Positions 27,108 through 40,610 are shown, counted from the whole stretch's first letter. The stretch is DNA of 63,998 nucleotides, filler included, from Collodictyon triciliatum (GCA_043381765.1; 22 parts of 22 records of this genome joined end to end with filler, not necessarily neighbours in it); one strand, 5' to 3'. Program-made: numbers and translations. The notes: generated by a model from the sequence alone, not told the origin.

Positions 27108-27992
27108 TCAATTTCCCGTGTAATGGAGGAATAGGAATGCTAGGAAAAGACCAGCAAGAGCAAATATCACTAATTTTAAACGCTCGACTTTTGCCTGTAG
27201 AGTGGCTGATTTATCTCTTTCATCTCCTAGAGTCCTTACCACAAACATATATTCTTTTTCCATCGCCTGGTTGTTTTCAAATAACATTCTTTTCAGGCCG
27301 GATATTTCTAATCTTTTTGATTCCACGAATTGCTTCTGAGATGCAATCGTATCAGCCGAAGTTGCAACTCCTTCAGAGAGGTCACTTATTAATAGCTCGG
27401 AGTCATGTCTAAGTTTATGCATACTTGCATCTTTCTCATGATTTTCATTTTTTAGACGGTTAATTATTGTATCTTTTTCGTTGATAGAGCTATCTTTTGA
27501 TATGAGTTCCTCTCTTAATAGGCAAACTTCGGTGGATTGCTCCTCAAGAGATTGTCGGATTTTTTTGTTACTTGTATAAAGGCCCTCCATGTCACTAAGC
27601 ATTCTCCTCTTCAGAGCCTCATCTGCTTGAATCCTGTTTCTAAAAGTATTCATCTCTTCATTGTATGTCTCAACGAGTTGCTTGACTTCATTCTGATGTT
27701 GTTCGCTCAGTCTGACCATCTCAACAGCAAAGTCGCCTTCTTGTTGCCTGATCAGCTTCGTCTTCTCATCTAACAGTCCTTCGGTTTCTTGCAATGCTTC
27801 AACAGCCTCATGCAATTGGAAGTTTGGGATTGTCCGAGGAAAACTTATCACAGTGCAGCATTGTGGACACTGTTTCATATCAGGAGGAATGCATTTCGAG
27901 CAGTAACTATGACCGCACATGAGCACAACCGCGTTAACAAAGCGACTCCAACAAACAGGACATATCACCTTCGCATGAACTGTTGTAGCCAT
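27108..27992 (-). CDS. Intronless RING-HC + coiled-coil + C-terminal transmembrane protein (tail-anchored E3 ligase-like); may start at 28049
   Basis: CPVC...CGHSYCSKC...CPQC, a long heptad-rich region, and a terminal LVIFALAGLFLAFLFL segment. Confidence 0.85.
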   Translation of the reverse strand: MATTVHAKVICPVCWSRFVNAVVLMCGHSYCSKCIPPDMKQCPQCCTVISFPRTIPNFQLHEAVEALQETEGLLDEKTKLIRQQEGDFAVEMVRLSEQHQNEVKQLVETYNEEMNTFRNRIQADEALKRRMLSDMEGLYTSNKKIRQSLEEQSTEVCLLREELISKDSSINEKDTIINRLKNENHEKDASMHKLRHDSELLISDLSEGVATSADTIASQKQFVESKRLEISGLKRMLFENNQAMEKEYMFVVRTLGDERDKSATLQAKVERLKLVIFALAGLFLAFLFLHYTGN

Positions 27993-30473
27993 CAAACTTG
28001 AATCCAAAAAGCCGCGAACAGTCTTTCTTGCGAGGTGCTCTACGATCATTCATTCATCAGCAAATGTACTGGACTCTTTCGTTTGAGATTGGGTTGAATG
28101 AAGTGATGGAAAATAGCTGACGAAAAAGCCTTGATGCTCATCCGCCTTTTCTGTTTTTCCTTTCTTCTTATGATTAATAAGTAAAAACACCGCCTTTCGA
28201 TCAGAGAAGGTAGGTGCTTGGATGTCATGTCCCTGGGTTACAGCTGAGGACGTAACGCCGACCGTTTAAGTGGGTTTCAGCTTATTAGTCTTTCCTTTTC
28301 AGACCCAAAGCTTTGACACATTCCCACACAATTCCATCCGAGGTTGAAAAGGGCTCGAGCAGCTTGGAGAAGAGCAGAAGGACATAAGTCAAGAAAATCT
28401 TCAATCACTTTCAACCGATATAGTGCGGAGCAGATGCTGGCGGTGACTACTTTGTGTCGAAACAGACATGTTCGCTCGCTCAGAACGAATAATCATGATA
28501 CGCAAATTAGGATGCGTGAAACAAACTCAGTCAGAGAGCGATGATGCATAGCAGCGATATGCAGAACCGTATAACCCGATGGATCACCCATTTTTTCGGG
28601 TTGCATTCTTTTCTGTTTCTCAGAATCCATGGTTACAAACTAATCGCTTTACTTTCGCTCCCGATGGTTTCCTCTCCCTCATAAAGCATTCTGTTTCTAA
28701 ATATCATCCCTAATCAAGTACATACAAAGAAAACACTATGATTGAAGTCACGCCGAGCACATCCCATACTCCAGGGTCGAATACTTGTATATGAAACAGA
28801 ACGAGCAATTTTTCCATTCATCGCTTGGGCGAATACTTTCAACGAGAGCAAACACTACGCATTTTAATCAGTATTGTTTATCCATTCCAAAAATTGTTCC
28901 TTGCTTCATGATTCAATCGGTCTGTATACATTTGTTCACAAAGATGATGGTGAGTGATAAGTACCATCCCTATGTCAATACTTGCTTGTATACTCAAGGT
29001 GAATATTAGCAATTAGTTTAAATTAGTTCAGTTATGAATCATATTTGGGACGCTGCCTTTTCTTCCNNNNNNNNNNNNNNNNNNNNNNNNNNNNNNNNNN
29101 NNNNNNNNNNTTAATTAATTAANNNNNNNNNNNNNNNNNNNNNNNNNNNNNNNNNNNNNNNNNNNNAGAATGGAAGGATGGGATAACATACAGCAAGGAT
29201 ATTAGAGAAGAAGATAACTGGATTGTTCGGTTTCGAGGAGAACTTAGAGAACGAACAACAAGGATATTTGACCAAATCCACAGAATCACTACCAACGTGA
29301 CTATAGAAAGTAGTGTCTAGTCTAGATGTTTATTTTACGCTATTTAATGTTTTTATATTGCGTATCCTCTTAAGCAATTTCCCAAAGACATGAATCCTTC
29401 TTTATTCTTTATCTCTCACAATTTTCTTTACTTTCCATCCATTTTATTATCCCTTTTTTTTTTCATTTTTCATTTTTCGTTTTTCGTTTTTCGTTTTTCG
29501 TTTTTGATACATGTTTTCACTTCACATTGTCGGGTGTTCATATTGTACGGTGTGATGTTTGAATAGAGCCAACATCGATTCAGTAATTCCTTGCACAACC
29601 AACCAATTTTCTTTATATTTTTTTCTGTCTCATATGAATATGTAATGACAAAGGAGGTAAGAGAGCACGTGTTGCAAACAAGCTAACAAACCAACAAACA
29701 GAAAAAAAATATTCGCCTATCTTTCATCTTATTCGAAGAAAAGAGACCTCTGCCCCAAATCTTAATAAAAATCACAGCCGCGATAAGGCCATGAGCTAGG
29801 TACACCTAGCACTTGCGTGGTGTGTTTGCTGATCTACCGGGGGACTGAATCAGACACATGTCTTTCCTTTTTTTCTTTCTTTTTTCTTTCTTTTTTCTTT
29901 CTTTTTTCTTTCTTTTTTCTTTCTTTTTTCTTTTTTCTTTTTTCTTTTTTCTTTCTTTTTTCTTTCTTTTTTCTTTTTTCTTTTTTCTTTTTTCTTTTTT
30001 CTTTTTTCTTTTTTCTTTTTCTTCCTTTTTCACTTGATCTCTTTCGTGTTTAAGAACGCTGTTGCCGACCACTTTTCGTACAGAGGAGCCAGATAAGTTT
30101 TTCATAAGTAGCTAGTCGAGTCGTGATCTTGGAGTTTCCCACGCTTCATATTCCTTTTCTGTGCCAGTGAACATGATTTTTCTTGCTAGCGCTTTTGTTT
30201 GCTGGCTATTGTAATTGTGATGCTCCCGTTTTTTCCCTTCCAAAAGCATAAGCTTTGCGATACAATAGTCTGAAGCAGCTCCAACACAGAGCAGACAAGG
30301 GGGCTTAATTTAGCTCGTCCTTAAAACAAATAATGATAATGGCCCGTTTATATCATTCGGGGAGAATATACGTAACCTGTTTTCGTATCAATTGAATGGT
30401 ATGATAAGCTCAGTGATGCAAACTCCCGTAACTTTTGAATGACCAGCAGCCGATGTGGAGAAGTAACTCGGCG

Positions 30474-31858
30474 ATGAGGCGAACCGGCAAACGATCTGCT
30501 GAAGATGTTTCTTCGTCAGACCCCCCGCACAAACGAGAAATGCTCAGCCGTAAGTATAACATATTGTAAGGTTATTCGTCTTCAAATAAATAGAATTACT
30601 AACTTATTAATTGTTGTTGGCTTTTTATTGATTTAGTTTTAGTTTTAGTTTTAGTTTTAGTTTTAACTTTTAACTTTTAAATATAAGTGACATATTATAC
30701 GGATATTAAAAACGTTTTGAATCTTTATTCTTGTATGTTTGGTAAGCCCTTTATCTATATAATCTATTCTGTATGAAACAGCCAATAGCATCGCTGATCT
30801 GGATATGCCGGAAGTGGATTCTGCCCCGGCAGACCCAAATGAAAAGGGAACAAATTATTGTGCAAACACCAAGAAGCTTAAGGATTTGTTAAGAAAGGTT
30901 TATTTTTACACCGCCCTGAGCATAATATGAGTTGATTCGCTAAAATAGAATGCTTATCAAGAGCCCATCCACTTACATTCGCGGTCTATATTTATCCTCT
31001 TACATCTGCCTAACTGACAAATGTTGTGTGATAGGAAAAAAGGCCTCTTCCGACAGACTTTATCTTATCTAAACTGCGATTCCATCCTGAGGACCTCGAA
31101 GAATTGAAGAAGAATAACTATTTTGAATTTAAAGAGGATGCAACAGTCGTCATTCGGGTCTGTTCGTCCATATATTTATTGATGAAATATTTAATCCCTT
31201 TATTCCTTGTTTCTCATATAAGCAAGTAGGGAACTCTCGTCTTGACTCATGAGTCTTCTTTTACCTGGTCTAATGATGATAGTTTAATCCGAGGAAACGA
31301 TGATGTAGCTTAAATTTGGCTTTTCCTCTGATTTTTTTTATTAGCAACAATACACAGCAGCAAATATTATGGACCTGCAGAACATCATAAAATCCAAAGT
31401 GGATGGGTTATTCAAAAGTGCTGTTGAGAACTGCTATGCCACTGTTGAGGAAGATATAGAGGTAACTCGGATGATATATTTATGAAGATTATTTCTTCTA
31501 AAGTGAATTATTTGTAATTTATATTATTATTATTATTTTGTTAATCCTTCCAGTCTTTGCAACATGGTGTATTTATAGGTTTTATATACTATCTAAAAAT
31601 ATATACGCATGTACTTGTAATTTTTGAGATTTTTTTTACTTATTAATTCAATATGATTGCAGTTTCTTTTATATAATTATTGATCCGTTATGAATGATTT
31701 AGATTCTGAAGAAAGAGGGGAAAATATTCGCTGTTGAAGCTCGCCAAATGAGGGACTCATATCTCATCCCAATCGATACGGAATATCGTCTTCCCATTCC
31801 CGACTACATTCTATCGCATACCAAAATCAAAGTGGAGAAGCAGGCGATGGTCGTAAAG
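30474..31858 (+). CDS. GTF2E2: Transcription factor TFIIE beta subunit-like, partial, 5 exons
   Basis: Spliced ...LKDLLRKEKRPL...VIR|QQYTAANIMDLQNII...DGLFKSAVENCYATVEEDIE|ILKKEGKIFAV...IPIDTEYRLP fits the Tfa2 winged-helix pattern. Confidence 0.65.
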
Positions 31859-32341
31859 GTAGAGTTTCTTTAATCAACGTAGTCTCTTTTTTTTTCTTTT
31901 TTTCTTTTTTTCTTTTTTTCTTTTTTTCTTTTTTTCTTTTTTTCTTTTTTTCTTTTTTTCTTTTTTTCTTTTTTTCTTTTTTNNNNNNNNNNNNNNNNNN
32001 NNNNNNNNNNNNNNNNNNNNNNNNNNTTAATTAATTAANNNNNNNNNNNNNNNNNNNNNNNNNNNNNNNNNNNNNNNNNNNNAAAAGAAAAAAAGAAAAA
32101 AAGAAAAAAAGAAAAAAAGAAAAAAAGAAAAAAAGAAAAAAAGAAAAAAAGAAAAAAAAGAAAAAAAGAAAAAAAGAAAAAAAGAGAAAAAAGAGAAAAA
32201 AGAGAAAAAAGAAAAAAAGAAAAAAAGAAAAAAAGAAAAAAAGAAAAAAAGAAAAAAAGAAAAAAAGAAAAAAAAGAAAAAAGAAAAATCATATATGATA
32301 CAAACACAAACCATCCCACCCAGTGATATAGTAAACTCTTG

Positions 32342-33887
32342 CATAATCCCGTGCATAATCCCGTACCATAATCCAGTATCATAATCCCGTAGCATAACCC
32401 CGCATCATAATCCCGTGACAAATCCAGTGGCATAATCCAGTATCATAACCCCGTGTCATAATCCCGCATCATAATCCCGTGACAAATCCCGTGACAAATC
32501 CCGTGACAAATCCAGTGCCATAATCCCGTATCATAATCCCGTGGCATAATCCCGTATCATAATCCCGTGCATAATCCCGTGTCATAATCCCGTATCATAA
32601 TCCCGTGCATAATCCCGTATCATAACCCCGCGGCATAATCTCGTGTCATAATCCCGTATCATAATCAGTGTCATAATCCCGTGGCATAATCCCGTGGCAT
32701 GTCTCGTGTCATAATCCATATCATAATCCAGTGGCATAATCCTGTGGCATAATCCCGTGTCATAATCCCATGTCATAATCATGTGCATAATCCAGTGCCA
32801 TAATCAGTGGCAAAATCCTGTGGCATAATCCCATAGCATAATCCCGTGTCATAATCCATATCACAATCCCGTGCCATAATCAGTGGCAAAATCCTGTGTC
32901 ATAATCCCGTGTCATAATCCTGTGTCATAATCCCATGTCAAAATCCCGTGTCATTATCCATATCATAATCCCGTGCCATAATCCAGTATCTTAATCCCGT
33001 GCATAATCCCGTGGCATAATCCCGTCGCATAATCCAGTATCTTAATCCCGTGCATAACCCGTAGCATAATCCCGTGTATAATCCCGTGTATAATCCCGTG
33101 GCATAATCCCGTAGCATAACCCCGTATCATAATCCCGTGGCATAATCCTGTGTCATAATCCCGTATCATAATCCCGTGGTAGCATAATCCCGTATCATAA
33201 TCCAGTATCTTAATCCCGTGGCATAATCCCATAACATAATCCCATAACATAATCCCATAACATAATCCCATAACATAATCCCATAACATAATCCCGTATC
33301 ATAATCCAGTATCTTAATCCCGTATCATAATCCCATAGCATAATCCCGTGTCATAACACCGTATCATAATCCCATAACATAATCCCGTATCATAACCCCG
33401 TATCATAATCCAGTGGCATAATCCTGTGTCATAATCCCGTGCATAATCCCGTATCATAACCCCGCGGCATAATCTCGTGTCATAATCCCGTGGCATAATC
33501 CCATAGCATAATCCCGTGTCATAACCCCGTATCATCATCCCATAACATAATCCCGTATCATAACCCCGTATCATAATCCCGTGGCATAATCCTGTGTCAT
33601 AATCCCGTAGCATAATCCCGTAGCATAATCCGTGTCATAATCCGTATTGTCATAATCTCGTAGCATATTCCGGTGGCATAATCCCATAACATAATCCCAT
33701 AACATAATCCCATAACATAATCCCATAACATAATCCCATAACATAATCCCATAACATAATCCCGTATCATAATCCCGTACCATAATCCAGTGGCATAATC
33801 CTGTGTCATAATCCCGTATCATAATCCCGTATCATAATCCCGTAGCATAATCCAGTATCATAATCCCGTGGCATAATCCCGTAGCAT
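32342..33887 (+). repeat. Variant 13-bp satellite CATAATCCC-NNNN, roughly 120 units
   Basis: Conserved 9-nt core with variable tails (GTAT, GTGG, GTGT, GTAG, ATAA, ATAG); internal block duplications. Confidence 0.95.
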
Positions 33888-34377
33888 GTCTCATCAGGAG
33901 CTGTTACATGGACATATTTATAAAAAAAAAAGTTCAGTACATCTTAAACTCCATTTTCTTTTCTACTTTTTTTTTGATTTTTTCACCTTTCACTTTTCTA
34001 TTTCGTTATTTTCTCTTTTTGATTTTGATTTCCCTTTCTTCACGCAACTCATTTTGCCCCTTGAGTTTTGCAAGAGCCCTTTTTCTCTCCCTAGCTTTTT
34101 TCTCCGCTTATCGTACTCCTCATTTAACGGCCTCTTTTTTCTACATATTTTTATTTTATTTTAATTTAATTTTGGGAATCAGCATCGTCGTCACTCACAC
34201 TACTTCAGACGATCGAAATACTCTTGCTTATGTTTTGATGGAATGAATGTTGAAAAAACAAAAACGAATTAAAAAAAAAGGTGCTCTTGTTACCTTAAAC
34301 TAATCCTCTTTGACGAAATGTAATGTGTAAAAAGGTAAATAATCATCATGGCTCAACTTTTATAAACCACCGAAAGA

Positions 34378-34570
34378 CGACTTTTCTTACAACCCGCATT
34401 CTTATTTTGTCGGGCGAAGATCGGAGATCGACTTTTCTTACAACCCGCATTCTCATTTTGTCGGGCGAAGATCGGAGATCGACTTTTCTCACAACCCGCA
34501 TTCTCATTTTTTTCTGGCGAAGATCGACTATTCTCACAACCAGCATTCTCATTTTTTCGGGCGAAGACGA
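34378..34570 (+). repeat. ~51-bp tandem repeat, 4 copies (last two shortened)
   Basis: Unit CGACTTTTCTTACAACCCGCATTCTYATTTTGTCGGGCGAAGATCGGAGAT. Confidence 0.92.
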
Positions 34571-34997
34571 TGCTTTGTATGCTTTGTATGCTTTGTGTAC
34601 TCTCTGAATGTTTTGTACGGTATTCTGAAGCTTAAAATAGTAAGTGGACATTTTTGTACCACCCAAGCGTAAAAAATTTTGGCACATTATTCACACAACT
34701 CACGTTTCACGTTTCACAACTCACGTTTCACGTTTTACATCTCGTAACGGAAAGTCCAAATTTATTGTATAGACTAGCTGTGGTGCCCGTGCTTCGCACC
34801 GGGGAAAGAAAAAAAAGAAAAAAAAGAAAAAAAAGAAAAAAAAGAAAAAAAAGAAAAAAAAGAAAAAAAAGAAAAAAAGAAAAAAAGAAAAAAAAAANNN
34901 NNNNNNNNNNNNNNNNNNNNNNNNNNNNNNNNNNNNNNNNNTTAATTAATTAANNNNNNNNNNNNNNNNNNNNNNNNNNNNNNNNNNNNNNNNNNNN

Positions 34998-35071
<74 letters not shown>

Positions 35072-35100
35072 CTTAAGCATGTTTTTTTTTTTGAATTTAG

Positions 35101-35496
35101 TTCAAGTCGAAATACGAGCACGGTTTAGAGTTGATGTGCAATCGAGACGAGCCAAATAAGATGTATGTGAGCCAACAGAATAGTATTTTCTACGCATTAA
35201 ACTTTAGGGATTCGCTGCAACTCGATGTTGCCCTCGCTGTAGCGCGCAGATACTTGGGTGCAAAAAACGTACGAGTGGATATACTGGCTTACTGTCTCCT
35301 CATTTTTGAATAATAAATTATAATCGCCATTAATTTTACTAGCGTTAAAACAATGAAACAAAATACCATGTAGAAGGGAACTCCACGAAATCGATCCTCC
35401 GATTCTTTTACACCAAGACGATTTGGTTCATCAAGGGGCTCCAATTCACTTAGTTTTGAATCACTCCGTGACTTGCTTTCTAATCAGAATTCATAA
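35101..35496 (+). CDS. Last three exons of an unidentified protein
   Basis: FKSKYEHGLELMCNRDEPNKM|DSLQLDVALAVARRYLGAKN|KGTPR...QNS* in frame across GT-AG introns. Confidence 0.45.
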
Positions 35497-36684
35497 TAGC
35501 TATTCTTTTTTTTTTTTTATTATCTTGTTTTTTCACGATCTTTAAATTTATTTTCCCCTCCCTTTCTCATATCTACTTGATAAATACGGATAAACTTGTG
35601 CAATTATTAGCATCATAAACGATCCCTTAAAAATTTTTTTGTTCATAAATGCACATCCATCCATAATTAATGCGAAGCCACAATAGAATGATTTCTTTGA
35701 CATCCTGGCGCTCATTTTCTCTGTCTTTGTTTTTCTTATTTCATTTTCTCTTCATTTTCTATTTCTTTTTCCTATTTTTTTTTACTCAATAAAGTAACTG
35801 CATCGTATGACATCCAATAGTAAACAAAATCAAAATGATGGAGGGGGTATATAGTTGTAGATTTTTTTTATAAAAAAAATTCAATAATTGCTAATTGAAT
35901 ATATGCTTTGTAATATCATTTCTGGTCGTCCACTAACTGGTTATGGCAACATACAACGGTGATATGCCTCTGTGTGATTTTTGAAGTCATTAGTATTAGC
36001 TACTCCCCCGCCTCTGTTTTTCCTTTCTTTTCACTGGGTCGCTATTCAAAGGACTCTTTTTGTTCTCCGAGCAAATCATTGCATCATGGAGTTCTCTCTC
36101 CGCACTGCGCCAGAATAATTCTTTATACTTCTCCAAGGCGCAACATTTGTTGGTACTAAGGCCCGCAGAAGATGAATCCGTAAGCAGACCGCATCACGGT
36201 GTATTTTCGTACATTTTAATGTATGTTGATGTATTTTCCATGTTTGGGTGTATTTTGATGTATTTTCCAGCTTTGGTCGCGACCATTAAAAATACGTCAT
36301 AGGCACGAGCACACCCTGTCATTAGCGCATAGGCTTTTAAGCGCGGATGAATCTGAGTGTAGCGAGACCTTGTGCGGGGCTCGTCTGATCATCGGCAGTC
36401 ACGGCCCCGCCTGTCATGTGCGCGAAGTGCGCCCAGCGAAGAATCACTAGGCATTCTGCCCACTCGGGGAGCGTGTGCGTCACCAGCGTGCATTCGTGCG
36501 GACCGCATATTCGCGTGTCTCCCGAATTATGCCCAACTTGTGTCGTCTGCAGCCCGATTATATTTCATCTTGTCATTTTCTTTTCTTTTCTTTTCTTTTC
36601 TTTACTTTTCTGTCTCTCTTTGCTTCCCTCCTGCGTGTATGGCGGTGTGTATCTTGTCAAGGAAAGTTTCCACAGAGCCCAGGA

Positions 36685-37644
36685 ATGACTGAAGAAGGCA
36701 CCGGAGGAATGGAGGAGACGCTGCATAAGGCACACTCCTCGACTGATGCCCACAATGAAAAGGAAAACCGAGAGAAAAGCTTGAAGGAGCTTCAGGTTCT
36801 GTCTTGTTTCTATTCCTTTTTTCCTTTTTCCTTTTTCCTTTTTCCTTTTTTTTGTTGTTTCTTGCTTCGTCTCTGATCATCTGTATATCTTTAAGTTCGA
36901 TTCGTTCCTTTTATCCAAAGAGTATGCCTTCTGCTCATGGTATTCTCTGCACGAATGGCCCAGGCGAGGCTAACAAAGCCAAGCTATTCCACGTGTTGAC
37001 TTCTTTTATGTTTGCATCCGCAGTCAAAAGCCGAGGCCACCCAAAAGCAAGAAAAGAAGGCAGACCTTCTGAAGCAAATCTTTTCGAAGTCCTACCACAA
37101 GCCTGGTATGTCGCTCCTGGAGGCCGAGAACTCAACCCCGATTCACTACCGTGGGCTTCTGAACCTCTCCTTTCTGGTTCTGGTGAGATCTTTATGCCCT
37201 TCTCTCTCTCTCTTTTTTTTTTTTTACTTTCCTTTTTTCACTGTGTAAACAAACAAGGGAAGAAACTTATAGTAGGAGAGAAGAAAATATAGAAACAAGG
37301 AGCTCCGAACTAAGGCTTTGCTGCATACAAAAATGTTCAAGCGTGTCATTATTTGTCCTTTTTTGTTTTTCAGAGCTTTTCGAGATTTTGAGAATAAAGA
37401 CTTTTAGCCTTTATCTCTCCCATTTCTTTCTCTCTGTTCAATAATGATCAGAATATCGAGGGTTACGAATACACTCTAAAATATGAATATATATATCGCA
37501 TCCATTGCCCTACGATGCAGTTTCTTGTTCATTTCCGCCTGATCATCGCGAACTGGATCAAGTATGGACCTCTGATTGACCCCTCCAAGATTCAATACTT
37601 TGTTGAAGACCCCACGTCCTTCCCAGCCAGCTGCATTTTTCTGA
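36685..37644 (+). CDS. DGAT1: Diacylglycerol O-acyltransferase 1-like (MBOAT), first 3 exons
   Basis: HKPGMSLL...HYRGLLNLSFLVL|FLVHFRLIIANWIKYGPLIDP...EDPTSFPASCI matches the DGAT1 N-terminal region. Confidence 0.85.
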
Positions 37645-38785
37645 GTAAGCTAAATGGCTCTACTTATATTTTTGTAGATTAAAATATTTCTGGAAATCTT
37701 TGTTTTAGACAGAGCTTCCCCTGCCTTCCTTCCTTCCTTCCTTCCTTCCTTCCTTCCTTCCTTCCTTCCTTCCTTCCTTCCTTCCTTCCTTCCTTCCTTC
37801 CTTCCTTCCTTNNNNNNNNNNNNNNNNNNNNNNNNNNNNNNNNNNNNNNNNNNNNTTAATTAATTAANNNNNNNNNNNNNNNNNNNNNNNNNNNNNNNNN
37901 NNNNNNNNNNNTTTTTTTTTTTTTTTTTTTTTTTCCTTTTTTTTCCGCCTTCAAAATATAGTGTGTTGGGATAAGAAGGAAAAAACGTCGGTTTAGTAAT
38001 TTTTATTTTCTGGAGAATGTTTCCTTTGTCTCTCATGATGTTTTTTTTATTTCTCAGGAAAGGAGACTTTTTCTTGATTATTATGATTTTTTTTTTTATT
38101 GTTCCTTTCAATTATCTCTTGGTATGTGATCACCACGTATATTCGCATTGCGAGGCATAAACTCGATCAGCCTATGAGAATTTTGCTTCGCCCAAAAATA
38201 CCAACTAAAAGATCACGCAAAAAATATCTCTTAATATTTCGAAGCCAACATACAATATAGTTGCCGGCATGGCAAGAAAGACACACCATTTCTGTATATA
38301 TCCCACATATATAATATACATATGTATAATTGACATTCCAACCATAACTGGAGGATTTCTCAGCTCAGAATCGATGTGGAGAATTCAGCGAAAAGCGTTT
38401 TTTGACAGTTGGCTGGGAATCTGGCAGACAAGATGCCTCAGAAGTCGAATCACCCAAGCTCAAAGCCCCATTCGGGCGTGTTGACGGATGGTGTTTGAAG
38501 CGCGGGTGAGCATACGGATCCATTGGAAAAACGGTCCCAACACGCCGAGAAGATGGTGTCCATTCAGTCAACAAGCAAACGAAAACACTAAACAAACATT
38601 TATCGAGCATATTGTGTTCTAGGAAATAAAAAAGTCCATTCTTCTCTTTTCTTATTTCTTCTTTTCTTTCTTCTTTTTCTCCATCTTTTCAAACTGTTCC
38701 GTGCTTCTGCACCTTCTTAAAAGCGCTAGTGCAGGTTGGATTTGACTGATATTACAAAAAATAAATAAATAATGCTAGTGACTTC

Positions 38786-40610
38786 ATGGGCGCGGGACGC
38801 AATATGCTTTTGGTTATTATATGGGCTGTTCTCAGTTGTGCATATGTCAGCGCCTCCCTGGGAAGTATGAAATATGGCTTATAGTTGGTTAAAAAAGAAA
38901 AAGAAAAAGAAAAAGAAAAAGAAAAAGAAAAAGAAAAAGAAAAAGAAAAAGAAAAAGAAAAAGAAAAAGAAAAAGAAAAATGAAAAAGAAAAAAGAAAAA
39001 AGAAAAAAGAATAATGAAAAAGAAAAAAGAAAAAGGAAAAGGAAAAAAATCATTTTATAACAGCACCACACACCAAGTTCACTAACGTTTGTTTGATGTT
39101 GAAAAAAGTGACAGAAAAAAAAGTTAATTAATTTATGACTTTTTCAAAGATTGGACATACGAGTCCAGCGATCCAATATCATTTCAAAGTACCTCCGTTG
39201 TTGCAAGAGATGGGCTTGTTTACTTCCTAGGGGATGAGTAGGCCTAATTAAAATATCTTTTTACTTAAACATTTATAATCCAATTTTTTTGTGTTTCGCT
39301 TTTTTTTTTTTAATTTTTCGCGGTAATGAAAATGTTTTTCTTCATAATGTGTAATTTTATCTAAAAATCTCACCAAAACCAAATCATTTGTTTAACTTCA
39401 TATAAATAATGAATTGGGACAGAGGAAACGGAGAATATCATGGCGAGCCTCAGCTTTTTGACCGAATATGGATTCTGAATTCAAGTAACTCTGATGACAG
39501 TCTTTTGTATCTTTACTCATTGAAGTGTTCATGGCATTACCCGAAGATGAATTCTTTTTTTTGACCATCATAGCCAACCTTCTCTGGACGTGGGTCAAAC
39601 CCAAGGGAAACATACCACAGCGTCGAGTGTTCTATTGTTCTGTGTTGGTCAATAACAAAGTAAATATTCCTTTTATTCTCATTAATTATAATCTGCTGCT
39701 GCTTACTTCGAGGAATGACTTGGTCACATGTCTTGAACTTTACATCATCTGCATATCGCTGTGCTTATTTCTTATCAGACAAAACTCTCATTACACCGAC
39801 AGTTTTTCATATACGGCGGAATGTCATGGAAGGGACTGTCATACTTGAATGAGATGTTTTCCCTTGACCTAGACACATATGAATGGGAGCAGATTAGTTA
39901 CGCATCATCAAATATCCCTAAACCTGCCTATGCCATGAGTTGTGCTGCTTTCAACAACAAAATATATGCCCATGGGGGCTATGGAGGCTACAACGAGTAC
40001 TACTTTTGGGTTTTTGATATTGGTAATGTGACTTTATTTACTTCTTTGGTTCATTTCAGCTTGTAAATGACTTTGAATAGTGTTAAGGAAAAAATCTCAC
40101 CTTGTAAATGGCCATTTATTTTTAATCACAAAGCACTATATTTACATTGAATGTGTATGTATAAAACATCTATTGAATCACAATTCTAGGTTCGAGATTA
40201 TGGACCAGTATTCTTCTGAATAGTGAAGGTAACCCAGACCAAGCGCTCTTGGGGTTCACAAATATGAATATTTACAAAAACACGCTTGTTTTTTTCAATG
40301 GCAAGGATGTGTATGATAAGCTTTACGCCAAGTTTTGGATGTTCAATCTCAGTAAGTGTACACATAAAGATTCCATGAGTGTAATGATTTGTAGAACTGG
40401 CATCATTTCATCATGGAATCAACAAAATGAATATATGTTTTTTTACTCAATCCCTAGCGAACCATAAATGGGAGAAACCAATCGACATTTCGGCCAAACA
40501 ATACCATTATGGAGCGCCTCTTGTCTATGGCTCAAAAATGTTTGTTTTCAGTGGTTCGACGGATAGTGGTTCATCACGTTTGACGAACAACATGACCATT
40601 TTTGACATAG
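38786..40610 (+). CDS. Partial secreted kelch-repeat (beta-propeller) protein
   Basis: Signal-like MLLVIIWAVLSCAYVSA; kelch motifs FFIYGG...LNEMFSLDLDTYEWEQI, KIYAHGG and KMFVFSG. Confidence 0.8.

Larger units (their letters stand above)
32083..34897 (-). mobile_element. Putative non-autonomous Helitron; head-to-tail junction at 34774/34773
   Basis: The minus strand reads GC hairpin CCCGGTGCGAAGCACGGG (34786-34803), 8 nt, CTAG, then directly TCTATACAATAAA. The terminal motifs are clear; the extent of the element is inferred. Confidence 0.65.

Noticed and set aside
32027-33822. ORFs with GLCYGIMLWDY-type repeats
   Set aside because: These are translations of the 13-bp satellite, which is also not telomeric (no TTAGGG-like unit) and not CRISPR (no unique spacers).
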